Positions 27,287 to 36,827 of a stretch of 39,539 nucleotides of DNA are shown piece after piece. Location of the stretch: assembly GCA_041548245.1 (NCBI GenBank), contig JBFESZ010000008.1:1-39539 (forward strand), given 5' to 3'. The position numbers and the translations under genes were made by a program. The notes under the pieces were generated by a model that worked only from the letters and a program-made list of their open reading frames with translations, did no database searches and was not told where the DNA came from. Origin of the DNA: Sulfurimonadaceae bacterium. Its GTDB lineage: Bacteria > Campylobacterota > Campylobacteria > Campylobacterales > Sulfurimonadaceae. Within the stretch, counting starts at the first letter, position 1. The number at the start of each line of letters is the position of its first letter.

Positions 27287-27607
27287 ATGGGAAAATACAT
27301 CGAACTTACGGCTTCTAGCATTGATGAAACAATTAAAGATGGTGTTGCATTAGTTGACTTTTGGGCACCATGGTGTGGGCCGTGTCGTATGATTGCTCCG
27401 GTTATTGAAGAACTAGCAGAAGATTATGATGGAAAAGCAAAAATTTGTAAAGTAAATACAGATGAAGAACAAGATATCGCAATCAAATATGGTATCCGTT
27501 CAATCCCAACTATCATCCTTTTCAAAGACGGTGAAGTTGTTGAGCAGATGGTTGGTGCTGCTTCTAAACAAGCTTTTGAAGAAAAACTAAACGCATTATT
27601 AGCATAA
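27287..27607 (+). CDS. trxA: Thioredoxin
   Basis: WCGPC active site, SIPT. Confidence 0.98.
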   Translation: MGKYIELTASSIDETIKDGVALVDFWAPWCGPCRMIAPVIEELAEDYDGKAKICKVNTDEEQDIAIKYGIRSIPTIILFKDGEVVEQMVGAASKQAFEEKLNALLA

Positions 27608-27610
27608 TCT

Positions 27611-28087
27611 ATGGCACGACGCGGTAGCGGACTTTTTTCAGTCGGCACCCTTCTCGCCTCTTTTTTTGGCGCAGGCATGATAGCGATTGCCTTCGCTTAC
27701 TTCAACTATAAATTCCAAGAATATAAGTTTATTGATTTTAACCAATGGCTCGTCTATGAGAAGGGTAAGATATTTATACCGGATGAAGAGCGCTATCTTG
27801 TCATATTTTACAGTTCTAAACAGGCGCAGACGGTAGAAAGTATCAATAAACTCAGGCCTCGATATAAAATATTGGCAATCGATTATTATCAGCAAGATTT
27901 CCCATCTAATGAACATGTGACTTATGTACGTTCAGGAACAAATACAATCCTCAGTATCATTCAGCGGTTCAACATATATAAAACGCCCTCTGTCTTTATT
28001 ATTAAGAAAGTTAAAGAGGGTCTTTATAAACAAGATAGTATCATTGCAGAACTAGATACGATTAATGAAATTCCTGATGAACTATAG
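27611..28087 (+). CDS. Membrane-anchored uncharacterised protein, probably thioredoxin-fold without CxxC
   Basis: N-terminal TM. YLVIFYSS and RFNIYKTPSVFII resemble thioredoxin strands; no Cys. Confidence 0.6.
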   Translation: MARRGSGLFSVGTLLASFFGAGMIAIAFAYFNYKFQEYKFIDFNQWLVYEKGKIFIPDEERYLVIFYSSKQAQTVESINKLRPRYKILAIDYYQQDFPSNEHVTYVRSGTNTILSIIQRFNIYKTPSVFIIKKVKEGLYKQDSIIAELDTINEIPDEL

Positions 28088-28108
28088 AACGATTATAAAG
28101 GGTTTGAC

Positions 28109-29050
28109 ATGTTAGATTTGGCAATTATTGGTGGCGGACCTGCAGGTCTTACGGCTGGTCTTTATGCGACTCGTGGTGGTTTGGAAAATGTAACAATGTT
28201 TGAAAAAGGGATGCCTGGTGGGCAGATTACAGGCAGCTCTGAAATCGAAAACTACCCTGGTGTCACTGGTGAAATCTCCGGGATGGACTTGATGATGCCG
28301 TGGCCTGAACAGTGTCAGCGGTTTGGTCTGAAACACGCAATGGTCGAAGTACTCAGAGTAGAGCAAAAGTCTGATGGGAATTTTGTGATTCATAAGGGTG
28401 ACGGTAGCAGTGAAGAGGCGATGAGTGTCATCGTATGTACAGGTTCTACGCCAAGACGTGCAGGATTTAAAGGTGAAGACGAACTTTTTGGCAGAGGTGT
28501 CTCTACGTGTGCAACATGCGATGGATTCTTCTATAAGGGGAAAGAGGTCGCTGTAATAGGGGGTGGTGATACGGCTATGGAAGAGGCTCTTTATCTTGCC
28601 AAGATCTGTACGAAAGTCTATCTGGTGCATAGAAGAGACAAGTTCCGTGCAGCACCGAATACGATTCAGCGTGTTAAGGATACACAGAATATTGAGTTGA
28701 TATTAAACACGACGATCAATGAGGCATTTGGTGACGCGATGGGCGTGACAGGTTTGAGTGTCAAGACACCCGAAGGAGATCGTCAGATAGATGTTCCGGG
28801 GATATTTACCTTTGTTGGTAATGATGTAAATAATCAGGTGCTTAAAGATGAGAATGGCATGGCGATTTGCGATTTGAATGAGCAGGGACAGGTGTTGGTT
28901 GATCTTAAAATGAGAACATCAACACCGGGCCTTTTCGCTGCAGGCGATCTGAGGGTGGATGCTCCGAAGCAGGTGGTATGTGCCGCTGGTGATGGTGCAA
29001 TCGCGGCATTAAGTGCTATAGCGTATGTCGATGAAAAAGTTAACGGATAA
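28109..29050 (+). CDS. trxB: Thioredoxin reductase
   Basis: GGGPAG, IENYPG, CATCDG, GGGDTA, FAAGD. Confidence 0.97.
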   Translation: MLDLAIIGGGPAGLTAGLYATRGGLENVTMFEKGMPGGQITGSSEIENYPGVTGEISGMDLMMPWPEQCQRFGLKHAMVEVLRVEQKSDGNFVIHKGDGSSEEAMSVIVCTGSTPRRAGFKGEDELFGRGVSTCATCDGFFYKGKEVAVIGGGDTAMEEALYLAKICTKVYLVHRRDKFRAAPNTIQRVKDTQNIELILNTTINEAFGDAMGVTGLSVKTPEGDRQIDVPGIFTFVGNDVNNQVLKDENGMAICDLNEQGQVLVDLKMRTSTPGLFAAGDLRVDAPKQVVCAAGDGAIAALSAIAYVDEKVNG

Positions 29051-29059
29051 AGAGAGAGA

Positions 29060-29830
29060 ATGATTAAAGTTGGAGTATACGGCGGGACAGGACGTGTAGG
29101 CAAGCTTCTATTAGAAGATATCAAAAGTGATGAGAACCTTGTTCTAGGTTCAGTATTTGTAAGAAACAGTCTGGATTTTGCAATCGATCCTTCGGCTCTG
29201 GTTACGAATGATCTGGATGCTTTTTTAAAAGCCTGTGATGTCGTGGTGGATTTTTCGTTGCCGGAAGCGACACAGTCGCTTCTGGAAAAGACATTAAAGA
29301 CTCCCAAACCGCTTGTGATTGCTACGACAGGGTTGGATATTCATCAGTTTAACCTGATCAAACAGGCAAGTGAGTCAATGCCGATTCTTTATGCGACAAA
29401 CATGTCCTTGGGTGTGGCTGTTTTATCTAAATTGGTAGAACAGGCTTCACGCGTATTGGAAGGTTTTGATATAGAGATCGTAGAGATGCATCATAAGCAT
29501 AAAAAAGATGCGCCAAGCGGGACAGCATTGACATTGGCTGAGTCAGCAGCTGCAGGTCGTGGGCTTGATCTGGACAAGGTACGTGTGAGCGGGCGTAATG
29601 GAAATATAGGAGAGAGAACGAAGGACGAGATTGCAGTCATGGCACTACGTGGCGGTGATATTGTCGGTCGACATACTGTGGGCTTTTATAATGAGGGTGA
29701 GTTTATCGAGATGAACCATACGGCGACATCAAGACATACTTTCTCGAAAGGCGCTTTACGTGCTTCAAAATGGCTGGTTTCTCAAGAAGCCGGACTATAT
29801 AACATATCAGACTGTTTAGGATTAGATTAA
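29060..29830 (+). CDS. dapB: 4-hydroxy-tetrahydrodipicolinate reductase
   Basis: VDFS, ATTG, NMSLG, EMHHKHKKDAPSGTA. Confidence 0.97.
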   Translation: MIKVGVYGGTGRVGKLLLEDIKSDENLVLGSVFVRNSLDFAIDPSALVTNDLDAFLKACDVVVDFSLPEATQSLLEKTLKTPKPLVIATTGLDIHQFNLIKQASESMPILYATNMSLGVAVLSKLVEQASRVLEGFDIEIVEMHHKHKKDAPSGTALTLAESAAAGRGLDLDKVRVSGRNGNIGERTKDEIAVMALRGGDIVGRHTVGFYNEGEFIEMNHTATSRHTFSKGALRASKWLVSQEAGLYNISDCLGLD

Positions 29831-29831
29831 A

Positions 29832-31184
29832 ATGGATAGACAATTAAATGAAAAATGTGCGGTAGTCGGGATTTTTAATCATCCTGAAGCCTCAAAACTT
29901 GCTTACTTTTCACTTCACTCTTTACAGCATCGTGGTCAAGAAGCTTGCGGAATCTCTTCTGCTGATGGTAAGAAAGTACATACGATCAAGGATAGAGGAC
30001 TTGTCTCGCAGGTTTTTAATGACCAGAAACTGAAAACACTTCAAGGATCTTCTGCGATTGGGCATAACCGTTATTCAACGGCCGGTGATGACTCTATTTT
30101 AGATGCTCAACCTGTCTTCGCACGTTATGACCTAGGTGAGATGGCAATCGTGCATAATGGAAACCTTACCAACGCTCAAGAGGTTCGTGACGGTCTTATC
30201 AAAAGAGGCGCAATATTTCAGACCTTTATGGATACGGAAAATCTAATCCACCTGATTGCGAAAAGTGAGGAGAGAAAACTTTTAGACCGCATTATTGATG
30301 CGGTGAAGAAGATTCAGGGGGCTTACTCCTTGGTCTTTCTTTCCCGTACGAAGATGTTTGCAATGCGTGATCCTCATGGTTTACGTCCTTTAAGTATCGG
30401 AAAAGTCGGTGATGGTTTTATTGTGGCTTCAGAGACATGTGCCTTTGACCTGGTCGGTGCTGAGTATATCCGTGATGTCAAACCGGGCGAACTGCTTGTT
30501 TTTGAAAAGGGAAAAGAGCCTCAGTCTATTCAAGTGTTTGAGCCGACACCTAAGCACTGTATCTTTGAATATGTTTATTTCGCGCGTCCGGATTCAGAAG
30601 TGTTTGGAAAGAATGTTTACCAGATGCGTAAGAATATGGGAGCTGAACTTGCAAAGATTGCTCCGGTAGATGCGGATATGGTCGTTCCTGTACCGGACGG
30701 AGGTGTGCCCGCTGCACTTGGATACTCTCAAGAGAGCGGCATTCCGTATGAGATGGGGATTATGCGTAATCATTATATTGGTCGTACTTTCATCGAACCG
30801 ACGCAGCAAATGCGCGATCTTAAGGTCAAGATGAAACTCTCTCCGATCACCTCTCTTATCAAAGGCAAGAAGCTTATTGTTATTGATGACTCGATTGTGC
30901 GCGGTACAACGTCGAAGCGAATTGTCAAAATGCTTAAAGAAGCAGGCGCAGCAGAAGTGCATATGCGTATCTCTTCACCGCCGACAACGGATCCATGTTA
31001 TTATGGTATTGATACGCCGGATAAAGAGAACCTGCTTGCTGCAAATATGAGTAATCAAGAGATGTGTGAATTCATGGGGGCAGACTCTTTGGCTTATCTT
31101 AGCCATGAGGCACTTCTTAAAAGTGTTGACTCACAGGACAATGAATATTGTACGGCGTGTTTTACAGGTGAGTATCTGTACTAA
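29832..31184 (+). CDS. purF: Amidophosphoribosyltransferase
   Basis: Propeptide then Cys (EK-CAVVG), LQHRGQE, GHNRYST, HNGN, DDSIVRGTT, C-terminal Fe-S cysteines (CTAC). Confidence 0.98.
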   Translation: MDRQLNEKCAVVGIFNHPEASKLAYFSLHSLQHRGQEACGISSADGKKVHTIKDRGLVSQVFNDQKLKTLQGSSAIGHNRYSTAGDDSILDAQPVFARYDLGEMAIVHNGNLTNAQEVRDGLIKRGAIFQTFMDTENLIHLIAKSEERKLLDRIIDAVKKIQGAYSLVFLSRTKMFAMRDPHGLRPLSIGKVGDGFIVASETCAFDLVGAEYIRDVKPGELLVFEKGKEPQSIQVFEPTPKHCIFEYVYFARPDSEVFGKNVYQMRKNMGAELAKIAPVDADMVVPVPDGGVPAALGYSQESGIPYEMGIMRNHYIGRTFIEPTQQMRDLKVKMKLSPITSLIKGKKLIVIDDSIVRGTTSKRIVKMLKEAGAAEVHMRISSPPTTDPCYYGIDTPDKENLLAANMSNQEMCEFMGADSLAYLSHEALLKSVDSQDNEYCTACFTGEYLY

Positions 31185-32149
31185 TGCCTCTTCAACAAGT
31201 CTATACGTTTGGGGGATACCTCAAAAACAAGTTTCATGAAAAAGTCTATAAGGCCCCTATCTCTATTTCAGGTTTCACCTGTCCAAATATAGATGGAACT
31301 GTTGCAAGGGGAGGATGTACTTTTTGTGAAAACGATTCTTTTTCACCGAGCCTGGGTAAAGTACAAGAACTCAAAGGGTTCCATCTTAATCTTGACTCTA
31401 CAGAAAACCCTCATCTTGAGAAGCAACTCTTACAACTTGAAAAACAGTTCGAAGTCATTGTTTCAAAAGCAAAGCGCGAGTATGGAGCAAAGAAGTTTCT
31501 TGTCTATTTTCAATCCTTTACAAACACCTATGCACCTTTTGATACGTTAAAGGCTCTGTATGACAAAGCATTATCTTTTGATGATGTCGTCGGTTTGAGC
31601 ATCGGTACACGTTCAGACTCTGTAACGGATGAGACGCTGGAATATCTTGCTGAGCTTAACAAAACGAAAGAGATCTGGATTGAGTTTGGTATACAGTCGA
31701 TCTATGATGAGACATTAGAACGTATCAATCGTGGACATGACAGTGCCAATGTTAGAGCACTTATTCAGAAATCCAAGCAGCTTGGACTGAATGTCTGTGG
31801 ACATCTTATCTTTGGTCTTCCTGGCGAAGACAAGACAATGATGCTTGAAACGGCAAAGAAGGCATATGAATGGGGTATTGACTCGGTTAAATACCACCCC
31901 TTATATGTTGTAAAAAGAACGGCGCTTGCAAATGAATATGCGCGTGGAGAGTTTGAACCGATCTCGGAAGAACTCTATTTGGAAGTACTTCTAGAAGCGA
32001 TAAAGATAAAACCGGAGCATGTGAGTGTTCAGCGTATCACAGCCGGGGTGGATGATGAAAGTCTTATCGCTCCAGAGTGGTGTAGAGACCGAAATGCACA
32101 GGTCAGACACATTAACAGAGAGCTTAAGCGTATAGGGCTAAAGTATTAA
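31184..32149 (+). CDS. TIGR01212/YhcC-family radical SAM protein
   Basis: GFTCPNIDG...GGCTFC, YFQSFTNTY, INRGH, HLIFGLPGE. Confidence 0.92.
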   Translation: MPLQQVYTFGGYLKNKFHEKVYKAPISISGFTCPNIDGTVARGGCTFCENDSFSPSLGKVQELKGFHLNLDSTENPHLEKQLLQLEKQFEVIVSKAKREYGAKKFLVYFQSFTNTYAPFDTLKALYDKALSFDDVVGLSIGTRSDSVTDETLEYLAELNKTKEIWIEFGIQSIYDETLERINRGHDSANVRALIQKSKQLGLNVCGHLIFGLPGEDKTMMLETAKKAYEWGIDSVKYHPLYVVKRTALANEYARGEFEPISEELYLEVLLEAIKIKPEHVSVQRITAGVDDESLIAPEWCRDRNAQVRHINRELKRIGLKY

Positions 32150-32152
32150 GCT

Positions 32153-32704
32153 CTAATGCGCACTGATGGTTGTGAAGTGCGAGACGTGTTTAAAATAGGG
32201 CGGGTATTTCATCTGAACCCTGAATGACTTCGCCTTCCCCGGTTCAATATTCCTGGCAACAACAAACTCTTCTACAACTTTTTGAGGTTTGTAGGTACTC
32301 TTTTCTCCCAGTGATGCAAAAAAGTCAAAAAAACCGCTGGGTTTGTAGAAACTTCCCCCTTTTACATTACCGGTAACATGTCCTTTGTTAACCAGTTTTA
32401 CTGTTAATACAATCTCACCGATTGTATAGTCGCCTTTATTCTTTACATAACCGGTAAACACTATGCTCTCATTGCGCAGTATTCGGGTGTTCTTAACACC
32501 ATAAAGAGTTGCCACTTTAGTGTATTTGTCGATTGCCAGCAGAGAAAAGAAGGTGGCTGTTGAAAGGACCAGAAAAGAAGAAAATATCATTGCGATAACG
32601 GTCTTTTGATTTTTCTCTCTTAAGGATATGATGACGAGAAAAAAGAATAGTATGATGGCTGAGATGATAGCAGTCCAATGCCATATTGTGAAATAAGTAC
32701 TCAT
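32153..32704 (-). CDS. DUF2393-like membrane protein
   Basis: Two N-terminal TMs and an Ig-like beta domain (ESIVFTGYVKNKG). Family recalled from memory. Confidence 0.7.
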   Translation of the reverse strand: MSTYFTIWHWTAIISAIILFFFLVIISLREKNQKTVIAMIFSSFLVLSTATFFSLLAIDKYTKVATLYGVKNTRILRNESIVFTGYVKNKGDYTIGEIVLTVKLVNKGHVTGNVKGGSFYKPSGFFDFFASLGEKSTYKPQKVVEEFVVARNIEPGKAKSFRVQMKYPPYFKHVSHFTTISAH

Positions 32705-33225
32705 AAACAGTTCGCTTTGATTGAGATGTTGTACTCCTTAGCATAAGTAAAAGGTTCTAGAATTATCTTAAAGTCTATGCTCTCACTGATATTGATCTCT
32801 TCTTGTTCTATTATCGACATTTCGATAAAAGGGTTTAGCGGGTGCACGATCTCTTCAAAAAAGTTGGTAGCTCCTTTATAGGCCTTGGAAGATATTTTAC
32901 ATTTATGATAAGACTGTTTACCAAGATTTGTCAGTGTCCCTTTGATAACAACGGCTTCTGAGAACTCAAGCCGTTTTATCTTAAGGTCGGTGATATCCGT
33001 TTTAAAAAGGGTAGAGTGAATATAGTTGTACCCTGTTATCGGTCCAGCTATTATAACGATAAATGAGAATAGTACAAGCAGAAGGGATAGACCTGTTCTA
33101 TGACGAAGGATGATGGCAAGAAGCAGCATTAAAAAGAAGAGAGCCCCTGAGACAGCAAAGAGGATATAATCATAATCATGCAGCGTTGCAACAAAGTCTT
33201 GAAGTGTCGTTCTTAATTGATTCAT
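32701..33225 (-). CDS. DUF2393-like membrane protein (paralogue)
   Basis: Same architecture (EAVVIKGTLTNLG); ATGA-coupled on both sides. Confidence 0.7.
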   Translation of the reverse strand: MNQLRTTLQDFVATLHDYDYILFAVSGALFFLMLLLAIILRHRTGLSLLLVLFSFIVIIAGPITGYNYIHSTLFKTDITDLKIKRLEFSEAVVIKGTLTNLGKQSYHKCKISSKAYKGATNFFEEIVHPLNPFIEMSIIEQEEINISESIDFKIILEPFTYAKEYNISIKANCL

Positions 33226-33902
33226 TGTTCTCGTGAGTTTTTCTCAGCTATACCGCTCATATTAAAACGGCGTGCCAGTTCTTGTTTGATACGATCGGGT
33301 GAGATGTTTTTAAGCCCAAGAGCGACCATGCAGTGATAGACAAGATCTGCTGCCTCATAGATGATCTCCTCTTCGTTATCATCCTTGACGGCAAAGCAGA
33401 GTTCTCCTGCCTCTTCTACGATCTTTTTGAGGATAGTGTTTTCCCCTTTGGCAAAGAGTTTTGCCGTCCAAGAACTCTCTGGATCAGCATTTTTTCTATT
33501 CAGAATGACATGATAGAGCTCATCGATAACACCGTACATTGCGGTAGAGTCCACTTTGATTTCTGAAATACTTTCTCCCGTTTCGATGTTGGTAAAGAAA
33601 CACGATTTTCGCCCCGTATGACAGGCTACACCCTCTTGAACGACTTTGATAAGAAGCGTGTCATTATCGCAATCAAGTAAAAACTCTTGGATAGCTTGTG
33701 TGTGCCCGCTTGACTCACCTTTCTTCCAGATACGTTGTTTGGAGCGTGAGAAGTAGTGTGCGATCTTTGTACTGAGTGAAAGCTCAAGAGCTGCTTTGTT
33801 CATATAAGCCATCATAAGCACTTCATTGGTACCGATTTCTTGAACAATGACGGGTAGAAGTTCAGACTTTTCCCAATCGACTTTATTGATTGTGTTTTGC
33901 AT
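33222..33902 (-). CDS. hisIE: Bifunctional phosphoribosyl-AMP cyclohydrolase / phosphoribosyl-ATP diphosphatase
   Basis: SRSKQRIWKKGESSGH, DCDNDTLL, ACHTGRKSCF, KKIVEEAGE, EAADLVYH. Confidence 0.97.
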   Translation of the reverse strand: MQNTINKVDWEKSELLPVIVQEIGTNEVLMMAYMNKAALELSLSTKIAHYFSRSKQRIWKKGESSGHTQAIQEFLLDCDNDTLLIKVVQEGVACHTGRKSCFFTNIETGESISEIKVDSTAMYGVIDELYHVILNRKNADPESSWTAKLFAKGENTILKKIVEEAGELCFAVKDDNEEEIIYEAADLVYHCMVALGLKNISPDRIKQELARRFNMSGIAEKNSREQ

Positions 33903-33919
33903 AATTAGATTTCTTTAGA

Positions 33920-33990
33920 TAAAAGTATTGAATTAAATCGACGGAAGGCCAACTTAATTAAACACTTTTACTTGAAGCATCGCTCCAAGC
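33920..33990 (-). other. Intercistronic RNA hairpins (about 22-bp and 8-bp stems)
   Basis: The stems pair well on the minus (mRNA) strand only, through several G-U pairs. Confidence 0.6.
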
Positions 33991-33997
33991 ATTCGTG

Positions 33998-35083
33998 TTA
34001 TTGTGCGGCAATCTGTTTTTGTTTGTCTTTCATATCCACCCAGATATTAGGTGTAGAACCACCAGGTGTCAAGAAGATCTTCGCATCTTTGTTCTCTTTA
34101 AGTGCTTCGTTAAACTGACCCTGCACCTTGATCTGTTCAAGTTGGATAAGTTTGGTTGTGAGTGATTGAGAGATAACTCTGTTCGCTTTTGCTTGCGCTT
34201 CGGCTTCAATTTCAATCGCTTTTGCTCTACCTTCTGCAGCTATCTTGATAGCATTGGCCTTACCACGTTCAGTCTCTTCTCGTTTGAAAGCTTCTTGTTT
34301 CGCTCTCTCGACTTCTTGCTGTGCCTGTTCAACTTGTTGTTTAGCTAGTTGAACACGCTCGATTTGGTCTTTAACCTTCTGAGGAAGGATGATCTCACGA
34401 AGCTGTACTGATTCAAGTGTTGCCGGTGCATTTTCCTGTTTGTCAACGCTGTCACGGATACCTTGCTCAATAGCACGAGCGATTTCATTACGTTTTTTTG
34501 GTAGAGACTCGGCATCATAAAGCCCGATAACATTTCTTACGATATCGCGAACAACAGGGTTAATGATTTTCTCTTCCCAGGTAAAGCCCCAGTTAGAGAT
34601 TGTCTGTGCTGCATTTTGTGCATTAAGTCGGTATTGAACGGTCAGTTCTATACCAACCGGAAGACCACGTTTATCCAGTACTGTAATTGCCGGCTTAACG
34701 CTTAATCCCTCGCCTGTAGCAGATGAACGGTCAATTCTATCAGCATAATTGATAATACGTACTTTGGTATCGACCAAATAGACCTTTTGAATCACAGGAA
34801 TAATGAAATGAAGGCCCGGGAGTAGTGCATTGGGTTCATACTTACCGTTGGTCGAAAGGATACCGCGTTGGCCCTCTTCAACGATTGTGAAGGGTTTTGC
34901 CAACATTAAAAGAACCACAAGTCCTATGATGAAGTATAAGAAGCCAGAGCCTTTGAAGTTAAAGTCGATATTCGGTGCTTTTGGACTTCTTGGAGGAAAG
35001 TTTCCTCCTCCGCCATCACCACCCGTTTTTTTCTTTTTGTTGAAGTAGTCGTTCATGTCTGTTGCCATTTTATACATTCCCAT
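33998..35083 (-). CDS. SPFH/prohibitin (Band 7) domain membrane protein
   Basis: Gly/Pro N-terminus, single TM, PGLHFIIP, ELTVQYR, VQLREI and an AE-rich coiled coil. Start is 35083 or 35068. Confidence 0.93.
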   Translation of the reverse strand: MGMYKMATDMNDYFNKKKKTGGDGGGGNFPPRSPKAPNIDFNFKGSGFLYFIIGLVVLLMLAKPFTIVEEGQRGILSTNGKYEPNALLPGLHFIIPVIQKVYLVDTKVRIINYADRIDRSSATGEGLSVKPAITVLDKRGLPVGIELTVQYRLNAQNAAQTISNWGFTWEEKIINPVVRDIVRNVIGLYDAESLPKKRNEIARAIEQGIRDSVDKQENAPATLESVQLREIILPQKVKDQIERVQLAKQQVEQAQQEVERAKQEAFKREETERGKANAIKIAAEGRAKAIEIEAEAQAKANRVISQSLTTKLIQLEQIKVQGQFNEALKENKDAKIFLTPGGSTPNIWVDMKDKQKQIAAQ

Positions 35084-35190
35084 TATGGTTTTCCTTACTC
35101 TTTAATCTAAAACGCAAAGGCGTTTGGGCTCACTTCTTAAGTGAACTTGGTGTTAACGCAGCCCTAAGAGAGGCTTTGCTCCTTGGTGTG

Positions 35191-36111
35191 TTAGTCAATA
35201 TAGGTAAGATAGTGCTCATATTTTGCATTGCGTCCGAAAACGATGTCAAAATAGGTACTTTGGATCCTTTCAGTGATTGGTCCGCGCGAACCTTCTCCGA
35301 TAATACGTGCATCGATGTCACGAATAGGTGTGATCTCTGCAGCTGTTCCTGTCAGGAAAGCCTCTTCTGCAATATAGAGCTCCTCACGGGAAATACGACG
35401 TCTTACAACTTCATATCCCATATCTTTGGCAATCTCTATTACCGTTTTTTGTGTGATTGATTCCAATGAGTTGTCATTTGGAGGAGAGATAAGCTGCCCT
35501 TTATAGACCATAAAGAAGGCAGCACCGCTTGCTTCGGCGACATACCCCTGATCATCAAGAAGAAGGGCTTCATCATAACCACATTCGATCGCTTCAAATT
35601 TTGCCATCTGAGAGTTAAGATAGTTTGCCGTTGCTTTCGCTTTACCCATATTAGAAGTGTTTGACGGACGGTTCATTGAAGCAATTTTCAAACGGATACC
35701 ACTCTTAAGACCTTCTTCACCAAGATATGCACCCCATTCCCAGGCGGCAAGAACCGTCTCAACAGGAGCATCTTTATGGTAGACACCCATGACACCATAA
35801 CCCAAGAATGAAAAAGGACGAAGGTAAACGTTATCACCTGTGAATTCATTCTTTTTCAGTAGTTCGACCTGTGCCTTGTTCAACTCATCAACCGTATAGG
35901 GAATGTTAATAAGTGTCATCTTGGCAGATTCTAGAAGACGAGTTGTATGATCATTCAGACGAAAGATAGCATAGCCTTTAGCTGTCTTATATGCTTTTGT
36001 ACCTTCAATTACGCCGTTTCCATAGTGTATTGTATGTGACAGTACATGAGTCTGAGCCTCTTTCCAAGGTTTAAACTCTCCATTCATCCAAATATATTTG
36101 GCTTCGTTCAT
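35191..36111 (-). CDS. ilvE: Branched-chain amino acid aminotransferase
   Basis: HYGNGVIEG, YLRP, KAKATANYLNS, GYDEALLLD, TGTAAEITP. Start moved to ATG 36111, after GGAG. Confidence 0.96.
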   Translation of the reverse strand: MNEAKYIWMNGEFKPWKEAQTHVLSHTIHYGNGVIEGTKAYKTAKGYAIFRLNDHTTRLLESAKMTLINIPYTVDELNKAQVELLKKNEFTGDNVYLRPFSFLGYGVMGVYHKDAPVETVLAAWEWGAYLGEEGLKSGIRLKIASMNRPSNTSNMGKAKATANYLNSQMAKFEAIECGYDEALLLDDQGYVAEASGAAFFMVYKGQLISPPNDNSLESITQKTVIEIAKDMGYEVVRRRISREELYIAEEAFLTGTAAEITPIRDIDARIIGEGSRGPITERIQSTYFDIVFGRNAKYEHYLTYID

Positions 36112-36235
36112 TGGTTTCTCCAAAAATGTGTTCAATAAAAATTAGGTGATTCTATCTAAAAACTGATAAAAATAATGTAAAGATAAGCCTTGAATGTTCA
36201 AGAAAAAGGAACTTCAGGCGGAGCTGTCTGAGAGC

Positions 36236-36691
36236 TTACGCCTGTGTATTGACCATCCATTGAGAAAAGACGTTCAGATAGTTCCAAAAAGATTGGATAT
36301 TCTCAGTCGAGACTCTGTCCGCAAGTCCCGGCAACAGTATGGCATAGCATTCAAGCCATCGTAAACGTGCTTTTTCCGTAATCTTGAAAGGTGCATGCCG
36401 ACCAACCATTTGCGGAGCACCTCGGGACTGGTTGAAATAGCTTGGACCACCACATATCTGAATCATAAAGTCTGCTGCATGTTTCTTTGCAGCGGCAAAT
36501 TCTTCAGGATCGTCTACTGGAAAAAGATCAGAGATGTCACTCTCTTTTAGCAGGTCATAATGATCACTCACCAGCTTTCTAAATCCTTCTTCTCCGAGTT
36601 CTTGTAAGAAGCCTGGGTTAGGTTTAGTGACAGGGGGACGTTGCCCAAATTGACCCGGTGTAGGAGTCAGGTTTAAGTTTGAAAAGTTCAT
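36236..36691 (-). CDS. Truncated (2/2) haemoglobin, group II-like
   Basis: GEEGFRKLV..HY, LFP, F..Q..GGP..F, proximal RH.PF.IT, G-helix Trp, MVN end. Confidence 0.88.
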   Translation of the reverse strand: MNFSNLNLTPTPGQFGQRPPVTKPNPGFLQELGEEGFRKLVSDHYDLLKESDISDLFPVDDPEEFAAAKKHAADFMIQICGGPSYFNQSRGAPQMVGRHAPFKITEKARLRWLECYAILLPGLADRVSTENIQSFWNYLNVFSQWMVNTQA

Positions 36692-36719
36692 AGATATCCG
36701 TTCATTGTTTATTGATGCA

Positions 36720-36795
36720 ATTGTAAAGCAATAAGATAAATTTCGTGTTAAATACTTTGACTGGAAAAAAATATTTAAATTACAAAAGGTATAAT
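36720..36795. promoter_or_regulatory. Divergent promoters for the globin and the ALDH operon
   Basis: TACAAT on the minus strand at 36720-36725; ggTATAAT on the plus strand at 36790-36795. Confidence 0.5.
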
Positions 36796-36827
36796 TGCAA
36801 TAAAGATATCTTCAGAGGTGGGTCTAT

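Noticed and set aside
28112-28630. Long antisense ORFs (also 14278-14787, 26703-27137, 28834-29307, 35062-35460 and others)
   Set aside because: They lie opposite well-supported conserved genes and have no recognisable motifs; these are typical shadow ORFs.
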